A stretch of 64,000 nt of DNA from a bacterium. Its GTDB lineage: Bacteria; SAR324; XYD2-FULL-50-16; G965216635. The DNA lies in contig OZ244188.1 of NCBI GenBank assembly GCA_965216635.1, forward strand, positions 1,312,001 to 1,376,000. The letters run 5' to 3'. The notes beneath the pieces are model-generated. The model was not told where the DNA came from. It was given only the letters and a program-made list of their open reading frames with translations, and did no database searches. The stretch's first letter is position 1. The number at the start of each line of letters is the position of its first letter. Positions 9,001 through 19,975 of the stretch are shown piece by piece. The position numbers and the translations under genes are program-made.

Positions 9001-11532
9001 CTAAATTTTTTCTAAACTTCTATCGTGATGTAAGGAAATTAAAATATCTATAAAAGTAGTTCTTAATTTTCTTAATTGGATAATGTTAATATTTGATGCA
9101 TCTAGTTGCCCGCTATCTATAATATGTTGGAATACTTGACCCACTGTTTTGGTGACATTGATTTTATTGGGTTTTTTAAGAGAACGTACAGATACTTCAG
9201 AGTTATCAGCTAACATAACAATAGCTGTTTCAAGGTCCCTAGGAGGAGACATAGGATATTGAAAATAGGTTTCAGAAATTTTTTTATCGGAGTTTTCCTT
9301 CAGAGCTTTTTCATAAAAAAATCGGACTGTGGCATTGCCGTGGTGATTGGTAATAATATCTACCATTCTTTTGCCTAGTTTGAATTTTTTTGCCATTTGA
9401 ATACCATATATCACATGGTTGATGATTTTTTTAGCCGATTCTTTTGGAGAAATTTTTTCGTGCATTGAAGGAATCAAATCTTTTTGATTTTCATTAAAAT
9501 ATTGAGGCTCTATGGCTTTGCCTATATCGTGATAATAAGCCCCTATTTTTGCTAGTAGCAGGTTAGCTCCTATTTTTTGAGCTCCTGATTCTGCCAAGCT
9601 ACCCACAATAATAGCGTGCTGATAGGTACCGGGAGCTCTATTTTGTAGATATTTTAATAATGGATGATTCAAGTTAGAAAGTTCCAACAATTTAAGTTGC
9701 GTACTTACTCCAAAAATTTGTTCAAGAATCGGTAGTAAAATTACACTAAAAAATGTTGCTAAAATCCCCCCCATAAAAGCGGATATCACAGATGCTAATA
9801 AATCGGGGGGTAAGCCTTTTGAAGAGAGGATTTCTACAAAAAAAAGAATACCTGTATTGGCAATGGCTACAATAAATCCCTTTTTGAAAAGATCAAAACG
9901 AGTATGTAAAGAGGTTAAAGTCAAACAGGCAATACTAGAACTAAGCCAACAAAAAATAAAAAAATAAAGATTTTCTTCCAAATAAAGAGTAATACATAAT
10001 GCACTCAAAAACACATTGGGAATATTTATCCTAAAATTTGTTAAGGCACCGCAAAGCATCACACTTAATACCACTGGGAGTGCATAAATATAGCTAGAAA
10101 GAGAAAAGAATTGATATTGGGTAGCGAGCAATTCAAAAATTTCTTTTACTGAATAGATGATAATGAGGTTGACAGCCAAAGAAATAAGTAAAATCACAAA
10201 ATTTTCATAAAAAACTGTTGTAAATCCACGATACAATTTTAAAGATACAAAAACAATAATAATGACTAGCAGTAACACTGCTCCTATAGATAAGGTGTAA
10301 AGAACTCCTTTGCCTTGGTTGATAGCAGAAAAATAGCCTGCAATTAAATTTGCCTCTTCTACGGTTATGGATTTACCTTTTTCAGCTAAAATTTCTCCTT
10401 TTTTAATATTCCTAAATACGGTGCTACCTTCGTTAATCACTTCTTTTCTATGATATTCCAATTTTTGTTTATTCTCAAAACTAGTAGCTATAAGTAATTT
10501 TGATGTTAAAATTAAAGCAAAACGTTTGAGTTGTGGAGAGCTATTTTCAGGGGATATTTCTTCAATATACTTGTTCAAGGTATCTTCAGCTTCTTCTAAG
10601 TCAATAAATTGCGTTTGACTTGGATTGGCTAAAAAATTATTCGTTTCTAAATTAAATACTTGAATGTTTTTATTTTTATTATTGTTTTTTAAAATTTCTT
10701 TGGAAGAAAGAATATAAGATCTATCAAAAAATCGCAATAAATCTACAATTCTATTTTTTAAAAGACTGTAATCCGACAACTCTTGTAGGAAAAACACAAC
10801 TTCTTGATCAAATTCAAGGTCTAGGTCTTGAAATAGCACTCCTAAATTATTTTCTTGATTGTTTTTAAAATTTGTTTCAAAATCTTTATCTTTCTTTTTT
10901 AATTCTACTAGATTGAGACGAATATTTTCTTTCTTTGTCACAGAGATTTCTTCTTGGGATTTTAAATTTTGAAGCTTTTGTTCTCCAGAAAGTAGTTGAT
11001 GTCTGCTCTGTTCATCAATGAGTTTTAAAGATGCGAGATACTTTTTTATGATTCTCTGTTCTCTTTTTACAAGCACGAGGGTGGCTGTGTTTTCTACATA
11101 GTCTTGAGTAAGTTTGAGTTTTTCTTCTACAAAAAGCCTTCTCTGATCTAAAAGCTCTTGGTTTCTTTTAGAAAACTTATCAAAGGCTGTATTAATATTT
11201 TCAATTAATCTTTGATAAGCAAGAGGATCGTAATCTAAAAAAATCCCTAATTTACTAAGACTGCTGCCTATTTTAAAATTGGTAGCATCTTTATCTTTTA
11301 CCAAAATATCATAATCAGATACGATATCCTGAGTGATAAGAGTGCCCTCCTTAGGAGTTGTGTTTAAGAAATTGAATTTAGGAATAAGGATAAATATTAT
11401 GAGAAAAACGCAAAAAATAGAGATGAATTTACTAATGAAAATCCTTTTATTCTCCTTTTCTTGTGAATCTGAATTCAACTCATCAAGCTCTAATAAGTTG
11501 AGAGTTTTATTTCCAATTTGGACCTGTTCCAT
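9001..11532 (-). CDS. 7TM-HD family phosphohydrolase (PgpH-like, HDIG)
   Basis: LLELSNLNHPLL, APGTYQH, YYHDIGK, HHG, MLAD; 7-TM block. Confidence 0.88.
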   Translation of the reverse strand: MEQVQIGNKTLNLLELDELNSDSQEKENKRIFISKFISIFCVFLIIFILIPKFNFLNTTPKEGTLITQDIVSDYDILVKDKDATNFKIGSSLSKLGIFLDYDPLAYQRLIENINTAFDKFSKRNQELLDQRRLFVEEKLKLTQDYVENTATLVLVKREQRIIKKYLASLKLIDEQSRHQLLSGEQKLQNLKSQEEISVTKKENIRLNLVELKKKDKDFETNFKNNQENNLGVLFQDLDLEFDQEVVFFLQELSDYSLLKNRIVDLLRFFDRSYILSSKEILKNNNKNKNIQVFNLETNNFLANPSQTQFIDLEEAEDTLNKYIEEISPENSSPQLKRFALILTSKLLIATSFENKQKLEYHRKEVINEGSTVFRNIKKGEILAEKGKSITVEEANLIAGYFSAINQGKGVLYTLSIGAVLLLVIIIVFVSLKLYRGFTTVFYENFVILLISLAVNLIIIYSVKEIFELLATQYQFFSLSSYIYALPVVLSVMLCGALTNFRINIPNVFLSALCITLYLEENLYFFIFCWLSSSIACLTLTSLHTRFDLFKKGFIVAIANTGILFFVEILSSKGLPPDLLASVISAFMGGILATFFSVILLPILEQIFGVSTQLKLLELSNLNHPLLKYLQNRAPGTYQHAIIVGSLAESGAQKIGANLLLAKIGAYYHDIGKAIEPQYFNENQKDLIPSMHEKISPKESAKKIINHVIYGIQMAKKFKLGKRMVDIITNHHGNATVRFFYEKALKENSDKKISETYFQYPMSPPRDLETAIVMLADNSEVSVRSLKKPNKINVTKTVGQVFQHIIDSGQLDASNINIIQLRKLRTTFIDILISLHHDRSLEKI

Positions 11533-11584
11533 AACCTTATTATAAATTTTGGTAAGCTAAATTTTTAAAAGCTAAATTTTGGTA

Positions 11585-11820
11585 AGAGACTATTGAATTA
11601 GGCATTATGGGAAGTACTTCAAGAGTTAAAAATTTTTTTCAATGCCGTAGTAAAAAACACTACAAAACTTAAAGTTAACACAATATAGACTGCAAAAGAG
11701 CCAAATGGTTATACCAGAGGCTCTTTTGCTAAAGCCTGTATAGGGTGAAAGCAATAAGCTTGTTTGGCTAAACAGAATGCAAATTCAAAAGTCTATAGAA
11801 TGTCTAATTCAACAGTCTCT
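11585..11820 (+). mobile_element. Nested or chimeric MITE-like copy overlapping the dapE 3' end
   Basis: Outer ends AGAGACTATTGAATTAGGCATT / AATGTCTAATTCAACAGTCTCT enclose an inner right end GCAAATTCAAAAGTCTATA (ends 11797). Confidence 0.8.
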
Positions 11821-12874
11821 GGTAGACTTTCAAACCTTGCTTCAAGGCTGCCACACTTATTTTTTCATTTTTTTGGTGCGCCTCCTTAGGATCACCAGGA
11901 CCCAAGTTTAGAGCATCTATCCCTTCTAAGCCTAATCTAGCAATATCAGTCCAAGCCTGTTTAGGTTGTAATGATAGAGCAAATTGTTCTTGAATGCTAC
12001 TCACAATTTCATTTTTTTTAATTATCTTTCCCGCTGGCGAATGAGTAATGATAGATAACTCATCTACCTTATCTTTGAGATATTTGTGTAAAATTGCTTC
12101 TGCTTGTAAAGGCTCTTTGTCGGGAGCGTAGCGATAATTTAAAGTAAAAATAATTTCACTGGGTATTATGTTTGCTAGCTTGCCTCCTTTCACCGTAGTA
12201 GCAGAAAGAACTTCATAAAAATCTATTCCCGCCAAAGATACTTTTTCAGGTTGCTTTTTTTCTAAAAATTGTAACAATTTCCACGCTTTATGGATTGCAT
12301 TTTTTCCTTCCCAAGGGCGAGCAATATGACCGCTTTTTCCTAAAATACTCGCTTCCGCTGTAATTGAACCTACACATCCTAGTTGAATTTGGTTGTCCGT
12401 CGGCTCTAATACAAAAGCTAGTTTCGCAAGTTTTAATTTTTCGCTCAATCCATTTTTATCAGCAAAAACAGCATTCAACCCGTTTTGTTTGTAATCGCCT
12501 TCTTCTCCGTCGTAAAAAATAAATTGATAATTGTAGGCTAAATTTTCTTTAATTTCAATTTCAGCCATCAACTGCATCATAATAGCCAAACCTCCTTTCA
12601 TATCACTAGCTCCACAGCCATAGATAAAATCACCCTTTTGTCCGATCTCCCGTTCCTGCTGATTTTGGACTGTATCCAAATGCCCATAAAAAGCTAAAGT
12701 AATCTTTGTATTTTCTATAGGCTTTGAAAAATAACAAACCGTATTCCCTTTTTCAATAGCTTGGAACCTCTGAAAAGAAGAAAAATAGTCTTTAACATAA
12801 AACTTAATTTCTTGCTCGTTGCCAGTTTCACTAGGAATTTTAAGTAGTTGAATTAAAGTATTTTCTATATTCAT
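11804..12874 (-). CDS. dapE: Succinyl-diaminopimelate desuccinylase (M20 family)
   Basis: GHLDTV, GCGASDMKGG, YDGEE, WTD, GPG...AH..NE. Confidence 0.8.
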   Translation of the reverse strand: MNIENTLIQLLKIPSETGNEQEIKFYVKDYFSSFQRFQAIEKGNTVCYFSKPIENTKITLAFYGHLDTVQNQQEREIGQKGDFIYGCGASDMKGGLAIMMQLMAEIEIKENLAYNYQFIFYDGEEGDYKQNGLNAVFADKNGLSEKLKLAKLAFVLEPTDNQIQLGCVGSITAEASILGKSGHIARPWEGKNAIHKAWKLLQFLEKKQPEKVSLAGIDFYEVLSATTVKGGKLANIIPSEIIFTLNYRYAPDKEPLQAEAILHKYLKDKVDELSIITHSPAGKIIKKNEIVSSIQEQFALSLQPKQAWTDIARLGLEGIDALNLGPGDPKEAHQKNEKISVAALKQGLKVYQRLLN

Positions 12875-12878
12875 AAAG

Positions 12879-13769
12879 TTAACCTCTAACAACTAGAGTT
12901 CCCACCCCTACTCTACTGAAAAGCTCTCCTATAATAGGATGTTTATGTTTTCCACTCACAATATAAACTTTATTCACATTTCCTTTAAAACATTCCATCA
13001 TAGCTTCAATTTTAGGAAGCATGCCTCCAGTAATCCTCCCTTTTGTTATTAACTTTTGAACTCCAATGTGAGTAATAGTAGAAATCAGTTCATCTCCATC
13101 CATTAAACCCTCTACATCTGTCAAAAATAAAACTCTTGTAGCTCCAACGCTAATGGCAATGGCAGCTGCTACATTGTCTGCATTGATATTGTAAGTTTGA
13201 TTGTCTTCTCCGATACCTATAGGTGAGATGACTGGAACATAATCACTCGTTAACAAAAATTCTAGCATCTTTGTGTTGATTTTTACAATTTCTCCTACAA
13301 AACCAATATCTTGCCCTTTGTGATATTTTTTTTTGGCTATGATTGTTTTGCCATCCTTTCCGCTTAAACCAACAGCTGCAATTCCAAAATTGTTTAGACG
13401 CCCAACAATATTTTTATTGACCTTTCCAGACAAAACCATCTCTGTTAATTTCAAAGTTTCTTCATCTGTTACCCTTTGTCCATCTACAAATTTTGTTTCT
13501 ATTCCTCTGAGTTTTGTTTCTTCTGTAATACTAGGACCACCACCGTGCACTATGATAGGTTTCACACCCGATTTTTGTAGAATAGATATATCATCTAAAA
13601 TATTGCTCTCAAAACTATCGGTTTTGAAAGTAGAACCTCCATATTTGATCACAATAATTTGGTTATAAAATTGATGCATAATTTTTTGCACCTCAGCAAC
13701 CAGTTGAGTTCTTTCTTTAAGTTCAATTCTATCTAAAATATTATCAGCACTTCTTTGTTGAAATTTCAT
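12879..13769 (-). CDS. argB: Acetylglutamate kinase
   Basis: VIKYGGS, VHGGGP, YNINAD, GGMLPK. Confidence 0.95.
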   Translation of the reverse strand: MKFQQRSADNILDRIELKERTQLVAEVQKIMHQFYNQIIVIKYGGSTFKTDSFESNILDDISILQKSGVKPIIVHGGGPSITEETKLRGIETKFVDGQRVTDEETLKLTEMVLSGKVNKNIVGRLNNFGIAAVGLSGKDGKTIIAKKKYHKGQDIGFVGEIVKINTKMLEFLLTSDYVPVISPIGIGEDNQTYNINADNVAAAIAISVGATRVLFLTDVEGLMDGDELISTITHIGVQKLITKGRITGGMLPKIEAMMECFKGNVNKVYIVSGKHKHPIIGELFSRVGVGTLVVRG

Positions 13770-13790
13770 TATTTTTTGTTGTTGCTATGA

Positions 13791-14819
13791 TTAACTTCGT
13801 AACAAAAGCTTAAATTTTCTTACAACTGACCTCAAAAACTTAGATCTTCGTAGACTGGCCCTAATAATTTTTTTAAAAAATATAAATTTTAAAGCTCGTT
13901 TGATACGCCTGCGTCCACCTGTGGTTTTTGAGAACGGTGCTGGAGAACCAAGTTTTATTCGCTCTACAATCTGCTCTATCCTCTCTAATATTGCTTCAGG
14001 AGATATTTCAAATAATTTAGAATCTGGCAATACTGGAGGTTGTTTAATATACTCTTGATAAAGTGCAGGATTATTTTCAATCTCAATGATCCGTTTTATC
14101 ACATCATCAAAATTTTTGTAATCGTGGACGTTAATCATAGACTTAGGATTGAAATACTCACCAATTCTTGGATGTCCCCAATAGATAGGGATACTGCCAG
14201 CCATCAGTGCCTGTGGTAATTTTTCAGCCATAAAGTGAGGTTGACTTGTATTTTCAAAACAAATAGTAAAGCGGTAGTGTTTTAAGAATTGTAGTTTATT
14301 TTGATCTCTGGTGAGTTTTGGATTATCTGGCGAAGACATATTGTTTAATACTATTCCAGGGCAATCCACATTTTTAAACTGCATCAGTTGTTGGCAAAAC
14401 CGAACACGAGTTAAGGGGCCTGCCCATCTTTGGAAAAAGTTACAAAACCGCTCTTTAGGGTGAGTTTTTAGTTTATCACAATAATTTGATTTATTATACA
14501 ACCATTCTTGAAAATGTTCTTCAATTACAAAATAGTAGAAATGAAAATTTGTATTATCTGTGGGTAAACCGCTAAAATAATAGTCACATAAACTATGAGC
14601 CTGATCTGGAGGTTCTAGGTTTATCAAACATTTCATACAATCATAGCGGAGGTGGTGAGCAATTGGATAGTAACTTACAGAACAAAACAATAAGTCAGGA
14701 TTTTGGCTATATTCCAAATCGTATTTGGTTCTTAATAAATCAAAAAATCCGGGTAAATACCCCCATTTTGTTTCCTCCCAAAAATCTACTAAAGCAATTT
14801 TTAGTTTTTCTTTAAGCAT
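13791..14819 (-). CDS. Glycosyltransferase family 10 (alpha-1,3/4-fucosyltransferase-like)
   Basis: YRFTICFENT...AEKL.QA...GSIPIYWG...FNPKS GT10 motif. Confidence 0.88.
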   Translation of the reverse strand: MLKEKLKIALVDFWEETKWGYLPGFFDLLRTKYDLEYSQNPDLLFCSVSYYPIAHHLRYDCMKCLINLEPPDQAHSLCDYYFSGLPTDNTNFHFYYFVIEEHFQEWLYNKSNYCDKLKTHPKERFCNFFQRWAGPLTRVRFCQQLMQFKNVDCPGIVLNNMSSPDNPKLTRDQNKLQFLKHYRFTICFENTSQPHFMAEKLPQALMAGSIPIYWGHPRIGEYFNPKSMINVHDYKNFDDVIKRIIEIENNPALYQEYIKQPPVLPDSKLFEISPEAILERIEQIVERIKLGSPAPFSKTTGGRRRIKRALKFIFFKKIIRASLRRSKFLRSVVRKFKLLLRS

Positions 14820-14828
14820 TAGTTTATT

Positions 14829-14883
14829 TAGACCTTTGAATTTGCCTAATAGAACAAAACTAGCTGTGACGGCTAGGCAAGGC
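14829..14883 (+). mobile_element. Truncated left end of the MITE-like repeat
   Basis: TAGACCTTTGAATTTGCCTAATAGAACAAAACTAGCTGTGACGGCTAGGC. Confidence 0.75.
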
Positions 14884-15009
14884 TCTCTCTCTTGATTTTG
14901 TATAACCTACCGAAGGAATTTTTTGTCTCCCAAAGCATCACTCGCTACACTAAAAAAATGAATATCCCGATTCTTGTTGTATAATTTGTGGTTTTGTCCA
15001 AAAATAGAC

Positions 15010-15082
15010 TGGCGAGGGAGAGAATTGAACTCCCGACACAGGGATTTTCAGTCCCTTGCTCTACCGACTGAGCTACCTCGCC
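15010..15082 (-). tRNA. tRNA-Phe (GAA), CCA not encoded
   Basis: Reverse complement GGCGAGGTAGCTCAGTCGGTAGAGCAAGGGACTGAAAATCCCTGTGTCGGGAGTTCAATTCTCTCCCTCGCCA folds as a cloverleaf with anticodon loop CTGAAAA. Confidence 0.95.
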
Positions 15083-15203
15083 TGAATTGAAATTATAAAA
15101 GACTAATCTTTAAAAGACAATCTAAAAAATTAAGAAAATCTATTTTAAAAAAAAATTAATTTTTTTCTTGCTTTTTTTTTATTTTTATACTAGTAATCTA
15201 TTC

Positions 15204-15355
15204 TATAGACCTTTGAATTTGCATTATGTGGGCTAGGCAAGGCGAAAAAATTTTTTAGCTCGCTAGAATACTGAAGAACATTCTTCACAAATGGCAAGAG
15301 TTAAAAAATTTTTTCAATGCCGTAGGCTAAACAGAACGCAAATTCAAAAGTCTAT
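15204..15355 (+). mobile_element. MITE-like copy immediately upstream of livK
   Basis: TATAGACCTTTGAATTTGC ... GCAAATTCAAAAGTCTAT. Confidence 0.85.
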
Positions 15356-15387
15356 TTTATTCATTTAAACCTAAACCATACATTAAA

Positions 15388-16506
15388 ATGAAATTAAAAA
15401 TAAGCGTATTATTAGCGACTTTTAGTCTGCTTTTTACGTCCACTGCATTTTCTGCAGATATTAAGATAGGAATTGCGGGACCTTTAACTGGAGCCTATGC
15501 TGCTTTTGGCGAGCAGTTGACAAGAGGAGCCCAAAAGGCTGTTGATGATATTAACGCCAAAGGCGGTATCAAAGGTAAGAAAATTGTGTTGATTCAAGGA
15601 GACGATCAATGCGATCCAAAACAAGCGATCAATGTAGCTAACAAATTAGTAGATCAAGATAAAGTTGTTGCTATAATTGGACACTTTTGTTCTTCCAGTA
15701 CTATCCCAGCCTCTGAAGTTTATGACGAAGCTGGTATTTTGCAAATTACTCCAGCATCTACAAACCCTAAGGTAACGGATAGAGGACTACCCAATATCTT
15801 TAGAACCTGCGGTAGAGACGATCAACAAGGACAAGTAGCTGGAAAATTTATAGCAAAAACACTCAAAGCAAAAAGAGTAGCTGTAATTCACGATAAAGAT
15901 ACCTACGGACAGGGTTTAGCAGATGCTACAAAATCCTATCTCAATAAGAATGGAATCAAAGAAGTTCTCTACGAAGGTTTGACTCGCGGTGAGAAAGACT
16001 TCAACGCTCTAGCTACAAAGATCAAAGGAGCAAGAGCAGACCTTGTCTATTTTGGAGGTTTGCACGCAGAAGCTGGAGTATTGGTCAAACAACTCCGAGA
16101 GCAAGGATGGGACGGTCCTTTTGTTTCTGGAGATGGTATTGCATCCGCTGAGTTTGTAGATGTAGTTGGAGGAAAAAAAAATACTAGGAATGTATTCCTT
16201 ACTTTTTTAAAAGACCCTGCTTCAGACAAGAAAAACAGAAAGATTATAGCATCATTCCAAACAGATGGTTATGATCCGGAAGGTTTTACTCTTTATGCTT
16301 ACGCCGCAGTTCAAGTACTTGCTAAAGCAATTGCTAAAGTAGGAACCAATGGAGATAAACTATCTAAACATTTGAAATCTAAAGGATTCAATACAGTATT
16401 GGGTAGAATCAACTTTGATTCCAAAGGAGATCCTAAATCCTCTGCCTTTATTCCTTATAAATGGGGTAAAAACAAAACTGGTAAATTTACCTATATTGGT
16501 TACTAG
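15388..16506 (+). CDS. livK: Branched-chain amino acid ABC transporter substrate-binding protein
   Basis: Signal peptide, GPLTG, DDQCDP, GHFCSS, RDDQQG. Confidence 0.92.
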   Translation: MKLKISVLLATFSLLFTSTAFSADIKIGIAGPLTGAYAAFGEQLTRGAQKAVDDINAKGGIKGKKIVLIQGDDQCDPKQAINVANKLVDQDKVVAIIGHFCSSSTIPASEVYDEAGILQITPASTNPKVTDRGLPNIFRTCGRDDQQGQVAGKFIAKTLKAKRVAVIHDKDTYGQGLADATKSYLNKNGIKEVLYEGLTRGEKDFNALATKIKGARADLVYFGGLHAEAGVLVKQLREQGWDGPFVSGDGIASAEFVDVVGGKKNTRNVFLTFLKDPASDKKNRKIIASFQTDGYDPEGFTLYAYAAVQVLAKAIAKVGTNGDKLSKHLKSKGFNTVLGRINFDSKGDPKSSAFIPYKWGKNKTGKFTYIGY

Positions 16507-16562
16507 AATCGGCTAAAAACTAGGGAGACTTTGTCCGTTTCCCTAGCCCTTTCACTAAATTT

Positions 16563-17480
16563 ATGGATTTTTATATTATTGCTCAGCAGATAGTTAATGG
16601 ATTAGCACTTGGGAGTATCTACGGTTTAATTGCTGTAGGCTATACTATGGTCTATGGTATTATAGGTATGATTAATTTTGCCCACGGTGATATTTATATG
16701 GTTTCTGCTTACCTAACTGCAATTAGTATCGCACTACTTGCGTTTCTAGGCATTACCATTCTTCCTTTAGTACTACTTTTGACGCTACTAGCAGCAGTTG
16801 TTCTCACTTCTGTTTATGGTTATGTAGTAGAAAGAGTAGCCTATAGACCTCTGCGTAAATCTACCAAATTATCCCAACTCATTTCTGCAATAGGTATGTC
16901 TTTGGTTTTACAAAATTTTGTACAACTTAGTCAAGGTGCTAGGAGCAAAGGTGTTCCTCCTTTAGTAGAAGGTCATATTCGTGTAGGAGATGTAGAAAAT
17001 TTTACACAGATCACCTATATTCAATTAGTAATTATCGTAGCCGCTGTTGCGGGTATGATTATCTTGAGTTATATCATTAACAAAACCAAGCTAGGAAGAG
17101 AATGTAGAGCAACTCAACAAGACGCAGCCATTGCTAGAGTTTTTGGAATCAATGTAGATAGAGCTGTAGCTATAACCTTTATTATTGGATCCTTTATGGC
17201 TGGTTTGGCTGGTTTTTTGGTAACTCTCAATTATGGTTCTTTTGATTTTTACATAGGTTTTATTATAGGAATCAAGGCTTTTACAGCAGCGGTGCTTGGC
17301 GGAATTGGTTCGTTGCCCGGCGCCATTTTGGGAGGCGTTGTATTGGGCATGAGCGAATCCTTATTTGCAGGATTTGTCAATACAGATTACAAAGATGTTT
17401 TTGCTTTTTTTATTTTGGTGACAGTTATGGTTTTTAAGCCTACTGGGTTTTTGGGTAAACCAGAAGTAGAAAAAGTCTAA
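16563..17480 (+). CDS. livH: Branched-chain amino acid ABC permease
   Basis: GYTMVYGIIGMINFAHG, KAFTAAVLGGIGS. Confidence 0.93.
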   Translation: MDFYIIAQQIVNGLALGSIYGLIAVGYTMVYGIIGMINFAHGDIYMVSAYLTAISIALLAFLGITILPLVLLLTLLAAVVLTSVYGYVVERVAYRPLRKSTKLSQLISAIGMSLVLQNFVQLSQGARSKGVPPLVEGHIRVGDVENFTQITYIQLVIIVAAVAGMIILSYIINKTKLGRECRATQQDAAIARVFGINVDRAVAITFIIGSFMAGLAGFLVTLNYGSFDFYIGFIIGIKAFTAAVLGGIGSLPGAILGGVVLGMSESLFAGFVNTDYKDVFAFFILVTVMVFKPTGFLGKPEVEKV

Positions 17481-17491
17481 TATAATTAAGA

Positions 17492-18778
17492 GTGCAAAAA
17501 AACAAAATAGATTTCGTCCACTGTTTTAAAGACGCCTTTCTTGCGGGACTACTTGCTTTACTCATTTTCATACCCATTCGCGGTATGTTACTAGATGGTT
17601 GGGAGCTAAAATTTCAATTTTTTTATCCTCTTCTTTTCAGCGGCATTATTTTTTGTGCTCGCCTCCTACTCAATATAAGCTACCAGATAAAATTTGTAGC
17701 CAATATTTTAAAAAAAGTATTTAGTCAAAAAATCTTGGGAGTTGTAGTGGAAAGTGAAAAGAAGAAATACACAAATACCGTAATCATAACTGTCCTTTTC
17801 GTTATAGCTCTGATTTTTCCTTTTGTAGCTTCTAAATATTGGATTGCTGTAATGACACTTGCCTTTATCTACATACTACTAGGCTTGGGCTTGAACATAG
17901 TAGTAGGTATGGCTGGAATGCTAGATTTAGGCTTTGTCGCCTTTTACGCAGTAGGAGCTTACAGTCTAGGTCTGCTGCACCAATACCTAGAACTTGGTTT
18001 TTGGTCTATTATTCCTATTGCAATTATTATTTCCGGTTTTACAGGTGTTATTTTAGGATTTCCAGTACTTCGTATGCACGGCGATTATCTCGCTATTGTC
18101 ACACTAGGTTTCGGAGAAATTATACGGCTAGTGCTCAATAACTGGCTTGAATTTACAGGAGGTCCCAATGGTTTGGCTACTCCTAGGATTAATCTTTTTG
18201 GGCTTGAATTTAAAAAACGATCAGAAAACAGTTTTTTTGATTATTTCGGTATTGAATTTGGAGATACAATACTCGGGATTTCTACCAGAAATTTTGGAGC
18301 TATTTTTCTCTATCTAGTGGCATTACTTTTTGTCATAATGGTTATTTTTTTCGTTGTCCGCTTAAGTAAAATGCCTTTAGGAAGAGCCTGGGAGGCGCTA
18401 AGAGAAGATCAAATTGCTTGTCAATCCTTAGGGTTAAATCATGTTACAGTAAAATTAACTGCCTTTTGTTTTGGAGCCTGTATTGGTGGTTTGGCAGGAG
18501 TCTTTTTTGGAGCTTTACAGGGTTTCATCAATCCCAGTTCTTTTAATTTTTTTGAATCGGCGCTCATTGTAGCAATCGTAGTCTTAGGGGGTTTGGGCTC
18601 CATACCGGGTGTTGTTGTAGCTGCAATTTTATTTACGGTACTACCAGAAATTTTTAGAGCTTTTTCTGACTTTAGAGTTCTAGTTTTTGGATTTATCATG
18701 GTAATTATGATGATTTGGAGACCTAAGGGGTTGTTGAGAGTAGTTCGCACTAGGTTTGCATATAAGAAACAAAATTGA
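17492..18778 (+). CDS. livM: Branched-chain amino acid ABC permease
   Basis: GLNIVVG..G.LDLG, GDYLAIVTLGFGEI. Confidence 0.93.
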   Translation: MQKNKIDFVHCFKDAFLAGLLALLIFIPIRGMLLDGWELKFQFFYPLLFSGIIFCARLLLNISYQIKFVANILKKVFSQKILGVVVESEKKKYTNTVIITVLFVIALIFPFVASKYWIAVMTLAFIYILLGLGLNIVVGMAGMLDLGFVAFYAVGAYSLGLLHQYLELGFWSIIPIAIIISGFTGVILGFPVLRMHGDYLAIVTLGFGEIIRLVLNNWLEFTGGPNGLATPRINLFGLEFKKRSENSFFDYFGIEFGDTILGISTRNFGAIFLYLVALLFVIMVIFFVVRLSKMPLGRAWEALREDQIACQSLGLNHVTVKLTAFCFGACIGGLAGVFFGALQGFINPSSFNFFESALIVAIVVLGGLGSIPGVVVAAILFTVLPEIFRAFSDFRVLVFGFIMVIMMIWRPKGLLRVVRTRFAYKKQN

Positions 18779-18782
18779 CAAA

Positions 18783-19676
18783 ATGGCAGAAAATATTTTA
18801 ACAATTAAAAATTTAGGTATTAACTTTGGAGGGATTGTAGCTTTAGATAAAGTAAGTTTTGATGTCCAAGAAGCCTCTATTACCTCTTTAATAGGACCCA
18901 ATGGTGCGGGAAAAACAACTCTTTTTAATTGCCTTACTGGATTTTATAAAGCAACAACAGGGGAGTTGATTTTTGCTTCTAAAAATGGGGAAATGAATAT
19001 TAAAAAAGTATTGGGAGAAAAGTTCACCAAACAGGATATTTACAATCCTTTTAGAATGTTAGAAAAATTAAGATACAAAATGTTTGGAGGGGTGCATGTG
19101 GTAGTCCGCGGTGGTTTGGCTAGAACTTTTCAAAATATCCGTCTTTTTAGAGGAATGACTGTGCTAGAAAACCTTTTGGTAGCCCAACATCATAGTTTGA
19201 ATCTAAATTTAATTTCAGGAGTTATACAGACTGCTAACTATAAAAAAAAAGAACGAGCAGCTGTAGACAAAGCCTATCAGATTTTAGATATGCTGCACCT
19301 TACAAATGATGCCAATGCGATTTCTTCCTCTCTGCCTTATGGAAAAGAAAAAAAAGTAGAAATTGCAAGGTCTCTGTGTGGTGATAAACTAAAAGTAATT
19401 TGCTTAGATGAACCAGCCGCTGGATTAAACTCTGTGGAAACTGAAGAATTAAGCAAAACAATCCAAGACATTAGAGATAAACTAAAAATCACCATTTTTT
19501 TAATTGAACACGACATGTCCTTAGTAATGGATATTTCGGACTATGTAATCGTTTTAGATCACGGCAAAGTAATTGCGAAAGGAAAACCAAAAGTAATTCG
19601 TAATGATCCCAAGGTGATTGAGGCTTATTTGGGTAGTGAGGCCGTGCAAGAAAAACCAAAAAAAACAAAAAAATAG
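18783..19676 (+). CDS. livG: Branched-chain amino acid ABC ATPase
   Basis: GPNGAGKTT, ARTFQNIRLF, LDEPAAG, IEHDM; ATG at 18783 preferred. Confidence 0.92.
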   Translation: MAENILTIKNLGINFGGIVALDKVSFDVQEASITSLIGPNGAGKTTLFNCLTGFYKATTGELIFASKNGEMNIKKVLGEKFTKQDIYNPFRMLEKLRYKMFGGVHVVVRGGLARTFQNIRLFRGMTVLENLLVAQHHSLNLNLISGVIQTANYKKKERAAVDKAYQILDMLHLTNDANAISSSLPYGKEKKVEIARSLCGDKLKVICLDEPAAGLNSVETEELSKTIQDIRDKLKITIFLIEHDMSLVMDISDYVIVLDHGKVIAKGKPKVIRNDPKVIEAYLGSEAVQEKPKKTKK

Positions 19677-19930
19677 ACCTTTGAATTTGCCAAATAGGAC
19701 AAAAACAGCTGTGACGGCTAGCCAAATGGTTAGAACAGGTGCGAAAAAATTTTTAGCTTGTAAGAATACTCTCTTACTGCTTATCACAAAATAAGGGTTA
19801 TAGTAAAAGAGCCACTGGCTCTTTTACATTTCTTTTTTGCCTTATTTAGACCACATAACGCAAGTTTTGTAGTACCTGCTCCCATTATTGTGGCACTACG
19901 ATATTTTTCAAGAGTTAAAAATTTTTTATG
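19674..19930 (+). mobile_element. MITE-like copy with rearranged interior; its first bases form the livG stop
   Basis: TAGACCTTTGAATTTGCCAAATAGGAC left end; the GTGCCACAATAATGGGA module is present inverted; no clear right end. Confidence 0.75.
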
Positions 19931-19975
19931 GGAAATAGTACGAACAAATGTTGAACAAAATTAATAATAACCAAA

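Noticed and set aside
15010..15082. tRNA-Phe as an integration site for an island
   Set aside because: No duplicated tRNA 3' end or integrase was seen in the window.
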